64,000 bases of DNA from Candidatus Eiseniibacteriota bacterium (GTDB lineage Bacteria; Eisenbacteria; RBG-16-71-46): contig JBBRLX010000020.1 of the NCBI GenBank assembly GCA_038231135.1, forward strand, positions 1 through 64,000. Direction: 5' to 3'. This document shows positions 9,123 to 19,156 of the stretch, one piece after another (the first letter of the stretch is position 1; every line of letters begins with the position of its first letter). Below the pieces are notes generated by a model, which made no database searches, had not been told where the DNA came from, and was given only the letters and a program-made list of their open reading frames with translations. Made by a program: the position numbers and the translations under genes.

Positions 9123-10721
9123 TCAAGGCTCGGCGGCCGCCCCGGCGAATGCGCCACGGTACGCGACGAACCTCCGGTCGGCATGGAACTGTACCCCACC
9201 CGCGGGGGCGGGACGAGGGTCCCGGGCCGGCCGCACCACCCCCTGCGCCGGGCCGGCCGCGGTGGCGGCCACCGGCGTCCACTGGCCCCGGGCCAGCAAC
9301 ATCCGCCGGTACCGCGCCTGATAGTTGCTCGTCGTCTCGTGACCGGCGTCGCTCACCAGCTGGGAGTGGCGGCCGAGCAGGAACTCGGTGCCCGGACTGT
9401 AGCAGCCCTCGTAGCGGATCGGCGCGCCCGGCGGCAGCGTCTGCGTGATCGCCGCCGCCAGCGGGGCGCCGGAGTTCGCCGCGGCATAGCCGGCGATGAC
9501 CGGATGGCCGATCACGAGCAGCAGCGGCGTGAACGCGAGATTCATCGCGAAGCCTGCCCGCGGGGCGCGGCGCGCGACGATGCCGGTGGCGAGGGCCGTC
9601 AGCGCCAACCCGATCGCGAGCCCGAGCGCCACGCCTGCGGGCGCCACCGGCGCGCGGCTCGCGTTCAGGTATGCCGCAGCCACGCCGCATGCCACCCCCA
9701 GCAGCGCATAGAGGATCGCGAGCAGCGTGGTGGCACGCGCCGCCGCACCAGCCCGCGTCCACGCTTCACCCGCGATCCAGGCCAGCGGGGGAAACGCCGG
9801 CAGGAGATAGGTGACGAGCTTCGAGTGCGACAGCGTGAAGAACACCGCGGCGAACGCGACGAAACCCAGTGCGACCCGGGAGGCGGCGCCGAGCCTCCGG
9901 CTCCACGGTGTCGCCAGCGACCACGGCAGCCCGCCCCCCAGCAGCACCGCCGGCACGAACCACGGCGGCTGGTCGCGATGAAACGACCCGGCGCTCAGGC
10001 GCTCGAGCGACTCCTCGAGGAACGCGTAGTGCGGATATTCCGGGTGACGCCGGCAGGCGAGCGCGAACCAGCCGCCGGCCACGGCGAGCGCCAGCACCCA
10101 TCCCGGCCACCACGCGAGCCAGCGCAGCGGCGCCCGCGACCGCGATATCAGCGCCGCCGCGGCGCTGCCGCCCGCGGCCCACGCCAGCATGACCGGACCC
10201 TTGACGAGGAGTCCCGCGCCCACGCCCGCGAACATCAGCAGCCGGCCACGCGCGGTGGCGCCCGACTCGAGCTCGTCCACGAGCCCCGTCCACACCAGCG
10301 TTACGCACAGCGTGAGCGGCATGTCGAAGATCACGTAGGCCGACAGCATCAGGAACAGCGGCGCCGCGAGCAGCAGCAGCCCGCACCGCAGCGCGAACGC
10401 GTCGTCCTCGCGGCGGCGGGCGAGCCCGCACAGCAGCGCCATGGTGGCCGCCGCCGCGAGCGCAGCCGGCAGCCGCACCGCCCACGCCGTGCGCCCGAAT
10501 CCGCGGATCGCGAGCGCCGCGGCCCAGAACAGCGCCGGCGGCTTGTCGAGGTAGGGCATGCCCGCCAGCGCCGGGACGACCCAATCGCCCGACCGGGACA
10601 TCTCCGCCGCCACCTCGGCGTTGCGTCCCTCGTCGGGATCGATGAGCGGAACGCTCCTCGCGATCACGAGCGCGGCGGCGAGCGTGAGCGCGGCGAGCAG
10701 CAGGGGCACGGCACGGGGCAT
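9123..10721 (-). CDS. ArnT/PMT-like (GT39/GT83) polytopic membrane glycosyltransferase
   Basis: DPDEGRNAEVAAEM, YLDKPPALFW, VRLPAAL, LVKGPV, SKLVTYLLP, many TM helices. Confidence 0.88.
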   Translation of the reverse strand: MPRAVPLLLAALTLAAALVIARSVPLIDPDEGRNAEVAAEMSRSGDWVVPALAGMPYLDKPPALFWAAALAIRGFGRTAWAVRLPAALAAAATMALLCGLARRREDDAFALRCGLLLLAAPLFLMLSAYVIFDMPLTLCVTLVWTGLVDELESGATARGRLLMFAGVGAGLLVKGPVMLAWAAGGSAAAALISRSRAPLRWLAWWPGWVLALAVAGGWFALACRRHPEYPHYAFLEESLERLSAGSFHRDQPPWFVPAVLLGGGLPWSLATPWSRRLGAASRVALGFVAFAAVFFTLSHSKLVTYLLPAFPPLAWIAGEAWTRAGAAARATTLLAILYALLGVACGVAAAYLNASRAPVAPAGVALGLAIGLALTALATGIVARRAPRAGFAMNLAFTPLLLVIGHPVIAGYAAANSGAPLAAAITQTLPPGAPIRYEGCYSPGTEFLLGRHSQLVSDAGHETTSNYQARYRRMLLARGQWTPVAATAAGPAQGVVRPARDPRPAPAGGVQFHADRRFVAYRGAFAGAAAEP

Positions 10722-10992
10722 CGGTGGTCTCTCGCGTCGTGAACGGGGCCTCGAGGCATCGAGCCGGCCGACGTTAGGGGCGTGGAACGCGGAGCGTCAA
10801 CTCGAGCCCTCGAGGTGTGCACGGCCGGTGGACGCCCCGCGATGCGCCGCGTTCCGTGCGTGCGCTCCGGGTCCGCGGCCGGTATCGTGGCGCGTCGTTC
10901 CCGCGGCAGCCGGCGTCCGGCGCCGTGACGGAGCTCGCCGTTGCCGCCGTGCGAATTCCCGCCGGCGCCTGGCGCACCGTGGAGGAGGTGGC

Positions 10993-12519
<1,527 letters not shown>

Positions 12520-12538
12520 CAGGGCGGGCGCCCCGGGA

Positions 12539-13615
12539 TCATGGCTTCGGACCGACCACCAGGATCACAAAGCTGCCGGGCACCACCGGCCCGCGCGGAT
12601 GCGGGTGCTCGGGAGTCGGGGGCGGCGGATCGCCGAAGCTCGCGGTCGGCAGGTACACGCGATGGCTCGCGGGATCGAACGCCAGCGTGCGGGCGCCTTT
12701 CTGGGTCGGCAGCGTCGCCAGCACGCGATAGACGTTGGGCGCGTCCTGGTGCACCTCGGTGAGCGTGCCGTCGCTGCCGCCCGGCACGTAGATGATGCCG
12801 GTCGCCGGGTCGAACTCGACGCCATCGACGCCCTTGCCGATCGGCAGCGTGTCCACGACCGTGCCCCGCTCGGAATCGAGCACGACCAGCTTCTGGTTGG
12901 CGCAGCCCGCGAACAGGCGGTGGTGGGCGCGATCGATCGCGAGCCCGGTGGGACCCTTGCCCGGCGCGAGCGACCAGTGCGCCTCGACTCCCAGCGTGCG
13001 GGCGTTGAAGCGCTCGACGGCGCTGGTGTCCTCGAGGTTGATGAAGATCCGGCCGTCGCCATCCGCCACGGCGAACTCGGGCGCGCCGCCGAGCGCGACC
13101 ATGCCGACGACCGTGTCCGCGCCCGCGTCGATCGCCGTGACGTTATGGGTGCCGGCGTTGAACGCGAACACCCGCTTCGTCGAGGAATCGTAGAGGATCT
13201 CGTCGGGGTTGCGGCCGCCGGTCGGAATCTTGTGCAGCGTCGCCAGCGTCTTCAGGTCGAACACCGTGACCGACGAATCCCGGCCATTGCTGATGTAGCC
13301 ACGCCCCACGTCCGGGGCCAGCGCCACCGCGTGGGCCCCCGGAGTGTCCGGGATCTCGCCCACCACGCGGCCCGAGTCGGTGCCGACGGCGATGACGCGC
13401 GAGCTGCGGCCCACGAACAGCCGGTGCCCGGCGGAATCGAACGTGATGATGTCCCAGCCGCCGTCACCGCCGACCGCGAACCGCTGCAGCACCTGGTCCG
13501 GGTGAGCCTGCGGCTTCGCGGCGTGGGCGGCCAGTGCGAGGCCGGGAACGAGCAGCAATCCCAGCGCCCATCGAGCGACGGCGCCGGTGGGCGGGATAGA
13601 ACGCAGGAGATTCAT
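12539..13615 (-). CDS. YncE/YVTN-family beta-propeller protein
   Basis: Signal peptide. GGDGGWD..RLFV, GRGYISNG..SVTVFDLKTL, PTGLAID..HRLF, GARTLAFDP repeats. Confidence 0.85.
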   Translation of the reverse strand: MNLLRSIPPTGAVARWALGLLLVPGLALAAHAAKPQAHPDQVLQRFAVGGDGGWDIITFDSAGHRLFVGRSSRVIAVGTDSGRVVGEIPDTPGAHAVALAPDVGRGYISNGRDSSVTVFDLKTLATLHKIPTGGRNPDEILYDSSTKRVFAFNAGTHNVTAIDAGADTVVGMVALGGAPEFAVADGDGRIFINLEDTSAVERFNARTLGVEAHWSLAPGKGPTGLAIDRAHHRLFAGCANQKLVVLDSERGTVVDTLPIGKGVDGVEFDPATGIIYVPGGSDGTLTEVHQDAPNVYRVLATLPTQKGARTLAFDPASHRVYLPTASFGDPPPPTPEHPHPRGPVVPGSFVILVVGPKP

Positions 13616-13759
13616 CGTCGGGATCCACCATCGATGGGCAGGAGGGGTCGATCGTGAGCTAGCGGCGACAATACCACGTGACCTGAACCGGGGCGGAACG
13701 CAGTCGCGGCCGCAGAGCCATGATTTGCCGGCGTTCGGTTCGCTCATTATCGTGCGGCC

Positions 13760-14872
13760 ATGGTCATCGTCACCACTTCGTTCGGGTTGCTGCTGATCGC
13801 GGTCGTGCTGTGGGATGCGTTCGAGACCATCCTGCTGCCCCGGCGGATCGCGAGCCGGTTCCGGATCTCCCGCACGGTGCTGCGCAGCACCTGGCGCGTG
13901 TGGGCCGCCCTCGGCCGCCGCATCGCCGCCCGGAATCAGCGCGAGAACTTCCTCAGCAACTACGCGCTGCTGTCGCTGATCGGACTGCTCGTGGTGTGGG
14001 CGGCGGGCCTCGTGGTCGGCTTCGCGTTTCTCCACTGGGGCGCCGGTTCCCGCCTGACGGCGCAGGACATGAACGGGGGCCTGCTCGCCGACCTCTACAT
14101 GAGCGGCACCACGTTCTTCACACTGGGTCTCGGCGACGTGGTCCCGGCGTCGGCCGCCGCGCGCCTGATCACCGTGGTCGAGGCCGGCACCGGGTTCGGG
14201 TTCCTGGCGCTCGTGCTCGCCTACCTGCCGGTGCTGTACCAGTCGTTCTCGCGGCGGGAGGTGCGCATCACGATGCTCGACGAGTGGGCGGGGTCTCCGC
14301 CGGCGGCGGCGGTGATCCTGCGCCGCGCGTTCGAGAGCCGCGACCCGTCCGCCGCGCTCAACACGCTGTTGCGGGACTGGGAGCACGCGGCCGCCGAGAT
14401 CCTCGAGAGCCACCTGTCGTACGGCATCCTCGCGTTCTTCCGCTCGCAGCACGACAACCAGTCGTGGCTCGCGGCGCTCGGCACGATCCTCGATTCCTGC
14501 GCGCTGGTGATCGTCGGCGTCGAGGGCATCGATCCGTTCCAGGCACGGCTCACGTTCGCGATCTGCCGCCACACGCTCGTCGACGTGAGTCAAAACCTGA
14601 TGAAGGGACGCATGCTGCCGGACCATCCACCCGAGGCGCTGGCCGGTGTCGCGGAGCTCGAAGCCTGGCTGACCGCAGCGGGCGTGCCGGTGGCGCGCGG
14701 CGACGACGCGGTGCGCCGGCTGGCGGAGCTGCGCGGCATGTACATGCCGTACCTGGCGTCGCTGTCGGCGCTGCTGCTCACGCCGATGCCGGGCTGGCTG
14801 CCGCCCGCGCGATCCCGGTACAACTGGGAAACCACGGCATGGGCGCGCACCCGGCCCGAAGACGCGCCGTGA
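13760..14872 (+). CDS. Potassium/ion channel family protein (Ion_trans_2)
   Basis: TM helices flank the pore segment LYMSGTTFFTLGLGDVVP. C-terminal FFRSQHDNQSWL domain. Confidence 0.85.
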   Translation: MVIVTTSFGLLLIAVVLWDAFETILLPRRIASRFRISRTVLRSTWRVWAALGRRIAARNQRENFLSNYALLSLIGLLVVWAAGLVVGFAFLHWGAGSRLTAQDMNGGLLADLYMSGTTFFTLGLGDVVPASAAARLITVVEAGTGFGFLALVLAYLPVLYQSFSRREVRITMLDEWAGSPPAAAVILRRAFESRDPSAALNTLLRDWEHAAAEILESHLSYGILAFFRSQHDNQSWLAALGTILDSCALVIVGVEGIDPFQARLTFAICRHTLVDVSQNLMKGRMLPDHPPEALAGVAELEAWLTAAGVPVARGDDAVRRLAELRGMYMPYLASLSALLLTPMPGWLPPARSRYNWETTAWARTRPEDAP

Positions 14873-15300
14873 GCCGTCCCCGGCCCGGCGGCATGGCGGC
14901 GCGCACGGCGCCGAGGGTGCGGAGGCCGCGGGCGCGGCCGGGCGCGGAGGCCCGCCCGAACTCCTACACGCTCGTTTACGCGGTGGTGCGTCGCATCCCG
15001 CGCGGCCGGGTGGCGTCGTATGGCCAGATCGCGGCGCTGGCCGGGTTGCCGCGGCGGGCGCGGCTCGTGGGTTACGCGCTGCACGCGGCGCCGCCCGGCG
15101 CCCTGCCCTGGCACCGGGTCGTCGACGCCACCGGCCGCTTGAGCCTCGGCCGGATCGACGCCGCCGGAGCGGCCACGCAGCGCCTGCGACTCGAGCGCGA
15201 AGGGGTGCGGTTCGACGCGCGCGGACGGGTCCAGCTCGACCGCCACCGTTGGCGCGTGACCCCGCCGCGAACGGCCGGAACCCGCGCCCACACCGGTTAA
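14869..15300 (+). CDS. Alkyltransferase-like (ATL, MGMT DNA-binding family) protein
   Basis: VRRIPRGRVASYGQIA..ARLVGYAL..PWHRVV, with Trp in place of the catalytic Cys. GTGA overlap with the channel gene. Confidence 0.88.
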   Translation: MSRPRPGGMAARTAPRVRRPRARPGAEARPNSYTLVYAVVRRIPRGRVASYGQIAALAGLPRRARLVGYALHAAPPGALPWHRVVDATGRLSLGRIDAAGAATQRLRLEREGVRFDARGRVQLDRHRWRVTPPRTAGTRAHTG

Positions 15301-15312
15301 GAGGCCATTCAG
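15297..15312 (+). promoter_or_regulatory. Putative OmpR/PhoP-family regulator box
   Basis: TTAAG-N6-TTCAG direct repeat with 11-bp period, about 85 bp upstream of the barrel-PepSY-RND operon. Confidence 0.35.
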
Positions 15313-15394
15313 GACCCCGTGTGAACCTCGGTTTGAATTACCGGGATGGGTGCCCATGTCACCTCGCGCCGGATAGAGATTCAGGGGAGGTTCC

Positions 15395-16192
15395 ATGAAC
15401 GTCGCGGCATGCGGTGGCCGGCTCGCGATGATCGTCACACTGGTGACGGCAATTCCAGTGGTGTCCGAGGCCCAGCTCCTCGAGACGGAGACCGCCCGGT
15501 TCCCACGCCGCGGTTCGTTCGAGCTGGGCACCGGCTTCGAATTCCAGACTTCGAGCGAGGGCACCGAACGGGCGGTGCCGCTGGCGGTGGAATACGGCGT
15601 CGCGGAGCGCTTTTCGCTGCTCGTCGAGCCAGTGGCATATACGGCCATCCTGCCGAAGCACGGCGCGCAAGCGACGGGGATCGGCGACCTCGAAGCGACG
15701 GCGTTCTACCTGCTGTGCCACGAGCGCGGCGCGATCCCGGCGCTCGCCGGGGCATTCGAGGTCAAGTTTCCCGTGGCGCGTAGCCGGCTGATCGGCTCCG
15801 GCAAGAGCGATTATGCCGGGTACCTGATCGCCAGCCGGCATCTGGGCGCGGTCGACGTTCACGCCAACCTCACCTACACGTTCCTGGGCCAGCCGGCGGG
15901 AACCACGCTGAACAACACCGTGGGCGGGGCGCTGGCTGCCGAGTACGCCGTCACCACGACCTGGCTGCTGTTTGGTGAGGCGCTCGCGACGTCGGCGTCG
16001 GCTCCCGAAGGCGGCGGCGACAACCCCGCCAGCCCCGCAGCGGTGACTCCCGAAGCCGCTGGCGGCGAAGTGGTGGGGACCGCGGGTCTCGGATACGCGC
16101 CGGTGCAACATCTGGTGCTGTCGCTCGGAGTCAGTTACGACAACAACCTCGCCTGGCAGTTGCGTCCGGGAATCACCTACGGACTGCATTGA
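15395..16192 (+). CDS. Outer-membrane beta-barrel transporter (Phenol_MetA_deg-like)
   Basis: GGGGAGG RBS, signal peptide, TGIGDLE, EVKFP..IGSGKSD, amphipathic strands. Confidence 0.7.
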   Translation: MNVAACGGRLAMIVTLVTAIPVVSEAQLLETETARFPRRGSFELGTGFEFQTSSEGTERAVPLAVEYGVAERFSLLVEPVAYTAILPKHGAQATGIGDLEATAFYLLCHERGAIPALAGAFEVKFPVARSRLIGSGKSDYAGYLIASRHLGAVDVHANLTYTFLGQPAGTTLNNTVGGALAAEYAVTTTWLLFGEALATSASAPEGGGDNPASPAAVTPEAAGGEVVGTAGLGYAPVQHLVLSLGVSYDNNLAWQLRPGITYGLH

Positions 16193-16262
16193 CGGCCGGC
16201 GGAACGTCGGGCCGGCCACGGCCGTGTCGACCGCCGGATGCTCGAAACCGGAGGAAGAGCTT

Positions 16263-16649
16263 ATGAGCAACAAGCGATTCACCCTGCTGGTCCTGGCCAT
16301 GCTCGTGCCCGCGTGCGCGCTGGCGGCGGCCACTGCGAAGCCGGCCCGGGCACGGCACCATAAGGTGGCGGCGGCGATGCATCCCAGCGTCAGCGCCGAT
16401 TCGGCGCGCGCGATCGCCACGGCCCGCCTCCCGGGCGCGACCGTGAAGTCCGAGGAACTGGAACGGGAGCACGGTCATCTGATCTATTCGTACGACATGG
16501 TTGTGCCCGGTAAGTCCGGGATCGACGAGGTGAACGTGGACGCGATGACGGGAAAGGTGCTCAATGTGTCGCATGAGGGTCCGAAGAAGGAGGCCAGGGA
16601 GCATCGGCAGGAGGCCCGTGAGGCCAGCAAGGACAGCACCGGTCACTGA
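16263..16649 (+). CDS. PepSY domain protein
   Basis: Signal peptide. SADSARAIATARLPGATVKSEELEREHGHLIYSYD..EVNVDAMTGKVL. Confidence 0.88.
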   Translation: MSNKRFTLLVLAMLVPACALAAATAKPARARHHKVAAAMHPSVSADSARAIATARLPGATVKSEELEREHGHLIYSYDMVVPGKSGIDEVNVDAMTGKVLNVSHEGPKKEAREHRQEAREASKDSTGH

Positions 16650-16667
16650 GCGGAGCCGCTCCCGTAG

Positions 16668-18134
16668 ATGACCCGTCCCGACCTCGACGCGCCCGGCAGA
16701 GTCCGGGCGCGTGCGGCCCGTTCGCCGCGCGCGCCCGAACGGCCGGGCGTCATTCGCTGCAGCGCCGTGGCCGCGCTGCTGATCGCCATCCACGGGATCG
16801 ACTCCTGGGCGGCGGGCTTGCCGCGTGATTCCGGCGCGGGCACGCCGGCCGATTCCGCTGCGACTGCACCCGCGAGCACGGGTGCGGTGCCGTTCGACTC
16901 GCTCACCGTCGAACGCGCGATCGAGCTGGCACGTGCCCATGCACCCGACGTGCTGACGGCCGCGGCGCTCCACGGTGCCGCCCGGTTCGATTCGATGGCG
17001 GCGGGATTCAACCGACGGGCGGCGCTGTCGGTGGCCGGGGGCGCCACCGTCGCCCCTCACGGGTTCTACGATCCGGTGATCACGAACCTCGGCGACTACG
17101 ATCTCAAGCTGGTCGCGGAGCTTCCGGTGCTGGATGGCGGCGCCCGCGCCCGCGAGCGCGCCCGGGCGGCGCTGGGCGTGACGTCCGCGGCGGCCGACCT
17201 GGCGGCGGCGCGCCGCGACGCCGGGCAGCGCGCCGCGCTGGTGGCGCTCGACGAATTGCGCCAGCAGGACAACGAGCGCGCGCAGTCGGCCGCGCTCGAG
17301 TGGATCGACCGGCTCGCGAGCATCGTCGCGTCGGCGGTGCGGGCCGGCGCGCGGGGCCAGGCGGACGCCATGCGCGTGACACTCGAGCGATCCAACGTCG
17401 AGCTCGCACTGCTGACCACGCGGCAGACGCGCGCGGCGCTGGCCCGGGAACTGGTGGAGTTGACGGGCAGCCCGGGTCCGGTGGCGGTGCGCACACCGGC
17501 GCCCGCGGCGGACACGCCGCCGGTGGCCGCGGATTCGACGCGCCTGATCGAACGGCTCGCGGCGTCCCCGGCCGTGCGGCAGGCCGAAGCCGAGGCGGCG
17601 CTCCAGCGCGTGGCCCTCGACGAGTCGCGGCGCCGGAATGCGATTCAGCTCGGGCTCACCGCCGACGCGGGCCTCGCCGGATCCGATCTGACCGCGGCCG
17701 TTCCCGAGGATTTTCGGGTCACCCATCCCGGCGCCACGTTCGCGGACCGGCTGCGCCGCGATCTCGGCGCGTCCGCGGCCGTGCGGTTCAAGCAGCCGTT
17801 GCTCGACCGTTCCGTCCCCGCGGCCGTCGCCGCCCGCCGCGACGCGCTGCGGGCCGCGCTGCTGCGCCGCGACGCGGCGATGGCGCGCGGCGTCCGCGAG
17901 GCGCAGGATCGGCTCGATGCCTGGCGCACGGCCGCCCGGCGCACGCGCGCCGCGGCGATCGCCGCGGCGCAGGCGCAGGAGAACCTGCTGCGGCTGCGAT
18001 CGCTGTACGCGGGCGGCGGCACCGGGCTGCTCGATCTGCTCGACGCCCGCCGCCGCCTGGACGACGCGTTCGAGCAACTGGGATCGGCGAGCTTCGATGC
18101 GCGTGTGGCGCACTACCAGGCGGAGATCCCGTGA
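16668..18134 (+). CDS. TolC-family outer-membrane efflux protein
   Basis: LTVERAIELA, helical repeats, AQENL..LYAGG..LLDLLDARR. Sits upstream of the MFP and RND genes. Confidence 0.82.
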   Translation: MTRPDLDAPGRVRARAARSPRAPERPGVIRCSAVAALLIAIHGIDSWAAGLPRDSGAGTPADSAATAPASTGAVPFDSLTVERAIELARAHAPDVLTAAALHGAARFDSMAAGFNRRAALSVAGGATVAPHGFYDPVITNLGDYDLKLVAELPVLDGGARARERARAALGVTSAAADLAAARRDAGQRAALVALDELRQQDNERAQSAALEWIDRLASIVASAVRAGARGQADAMRVTLERSNVELALLTTRQTRAALARELVELTGSPGPVAVRTPAPAADTPPVAADSTRLIERLAASPAVRQAEAEAALQRVALDESRRRNAIQLGLTADAGLAGSDLTAAVPEDFRVTHPGATFADRLRRDLGASAAVRFKQPLLDRSVPAAVAARRDALRAALLRRDAAMARGVREAQDRLDAWRTAARRTRAAAIAAAQAQENLLRLRSLYAGGGTGLLDLLDARRRLDDAFEQLGSASFDARVAHYQAEIP

Positions 18135-19156
18135 GCGAATCGATGTCCCATGACCGCGGCCGGCGTCCCGGGGCCGGGCCGTTCACCCTATTCCGCCGCG
18201 GGTTGCTGGTGCTGGGCGCGTGCGCCCTGAGCGCCGGGTGCGCGAAGCACGAGGATCCCGCCGAGCCGGCCGCCGATCCCGTGGTGCCCGTGCATCTCGC
18301 CGCCGTCGAATCCCGCGTGTTCGAGGACCAGGTCGATGCGACCGGCACGTGGCGGAGCCAGGGGGAGACGGTCGTCGCGGCGCCGTTCCCGTGCGTGGTG
18401 CTCGAGTTGTCGGTGCGCGCGGGCGACGTGGTCCGCGCCGGCCAGCCGCTGGGCGCCGTGACCACGCTGGAATCGCACGCGGCCCTGCGCGGCGCCACCC
18501 TGCTGTCGCAGGAGGCGCACGATCCCGAGTCGCGCTCCGAGGCGGAGCATGCGCTGCAGCTGGCGCGCCGCGATCGTGTGCACGTGCCGATCGACGCCCC
18601 GCAGGCCGGTGTCGTGGTGCGCCGCTCGATCGAGCCGGGGGCGCAGGTCGCCGAGGCGGCCGAGATCCTGGCGATCGTGCCGTGGAGCTCCATGGTGTTC
18701 GAGGCCCACGTACCGCAGGAGCGGCGCGGCCGGCTGCGCCCCGGCGAGCGCGCGGTGATCCGCGAGCAGGGCCTGCCACCGCGGGCGGCCACGGTGCAGC
18801 GGGTGCTCCCGGCGGCGGACGTGGCCGACCAGTCGACGCTGGCCTGGCTCACCCCCGCGACGCTGGCGCCCGCCCCGCAGATCGATCACTTCGGTTCGGC
18901 ATCGATCACGCTCGGCGCATCGCACCGGGCGCCCGCGATCCCGGATTCGGCGGTAGTCGAGGACGACCTCACGGGAGTGAAGCGCGTCGCGGTCGTGGAC
19001 TCGACGGGGCACGCCCACTGGCGCGCGGTGACCCTCGGCGCGGGCGCCGCGGGCTGGCACGAGCTCCAGCCGCCGAACCTCGCGCCCGGGACCGCAGTCG
19101 TCGTCGAAGGCCAGCGCGGACTGCCGGATGGATCGCGGGTGAAGAAGTCTCCGTGA
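18131..19156 (+). CDS. RND efflux periplasmic adaptor (MFP) lipoprotein
   Basis: Lipobox LSAGC, VRAGDVVRAGQPL, IDAPQAGVV, VVVEGQRGLPDG. GTGA overlaps on both sides. Confidence 0.88.
   Translation: MSESMSHDRGRRPGAGPFTLFRRGLLVLGACALSAGCAKHEDPAEPAADPVVPVHLAAVESRVFEDQVDATGTWRSQGETVVAAPFPCVVLELSVRAGDVVRAGQPLGAVTTLESHAALRGATLLSQEAHDPESRSEAEHALQLARRDRVHVPIDAPQAGVVVRRSIEPGAQVAEAAEILAIVPWSSMVFEAHVPQERRGRLRPGERAVIREQGLPPRAATVQRVLPAADVADQSTLAWLTPATLAPAPQIDHFGSASITLGASHRAPAIPDSAVVEDDLTGVKRVAVVDSTGHAHWRAVTLGAGAAGWHELQPPNLAPGTAVVVEGQRGLPDGSRVKKSP

Noticed and set aside
7257..10742. Very long alternative ORFs (1161 aa here; also 5836..8583, 566..2545, 28500..30530, 41224..43299, 47791..49944)
   Set aside because: Arg/Ala/Gly-rich antisense or off-frame shadows of well-supported genes, as expected in high-GC DNA. 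They carry no recognisable motifs.
10722..10992. Possible purine/pyrimidine riboswitch before the NCS1 gene
   Set aside because: No recognisable aptamer consensus; only generic GC-rich pairing.
18220..19152. Apparent N-terminal extensions in the ORF track (RND 1320 aa, NCS1 653 aa, YncE 695 aa, kinase 710 aa)
   Set aside because: The extensions overlap other real genes or intergenic DNA. Downstream starts have an RBS or stop/start overlaps and match family lengths.
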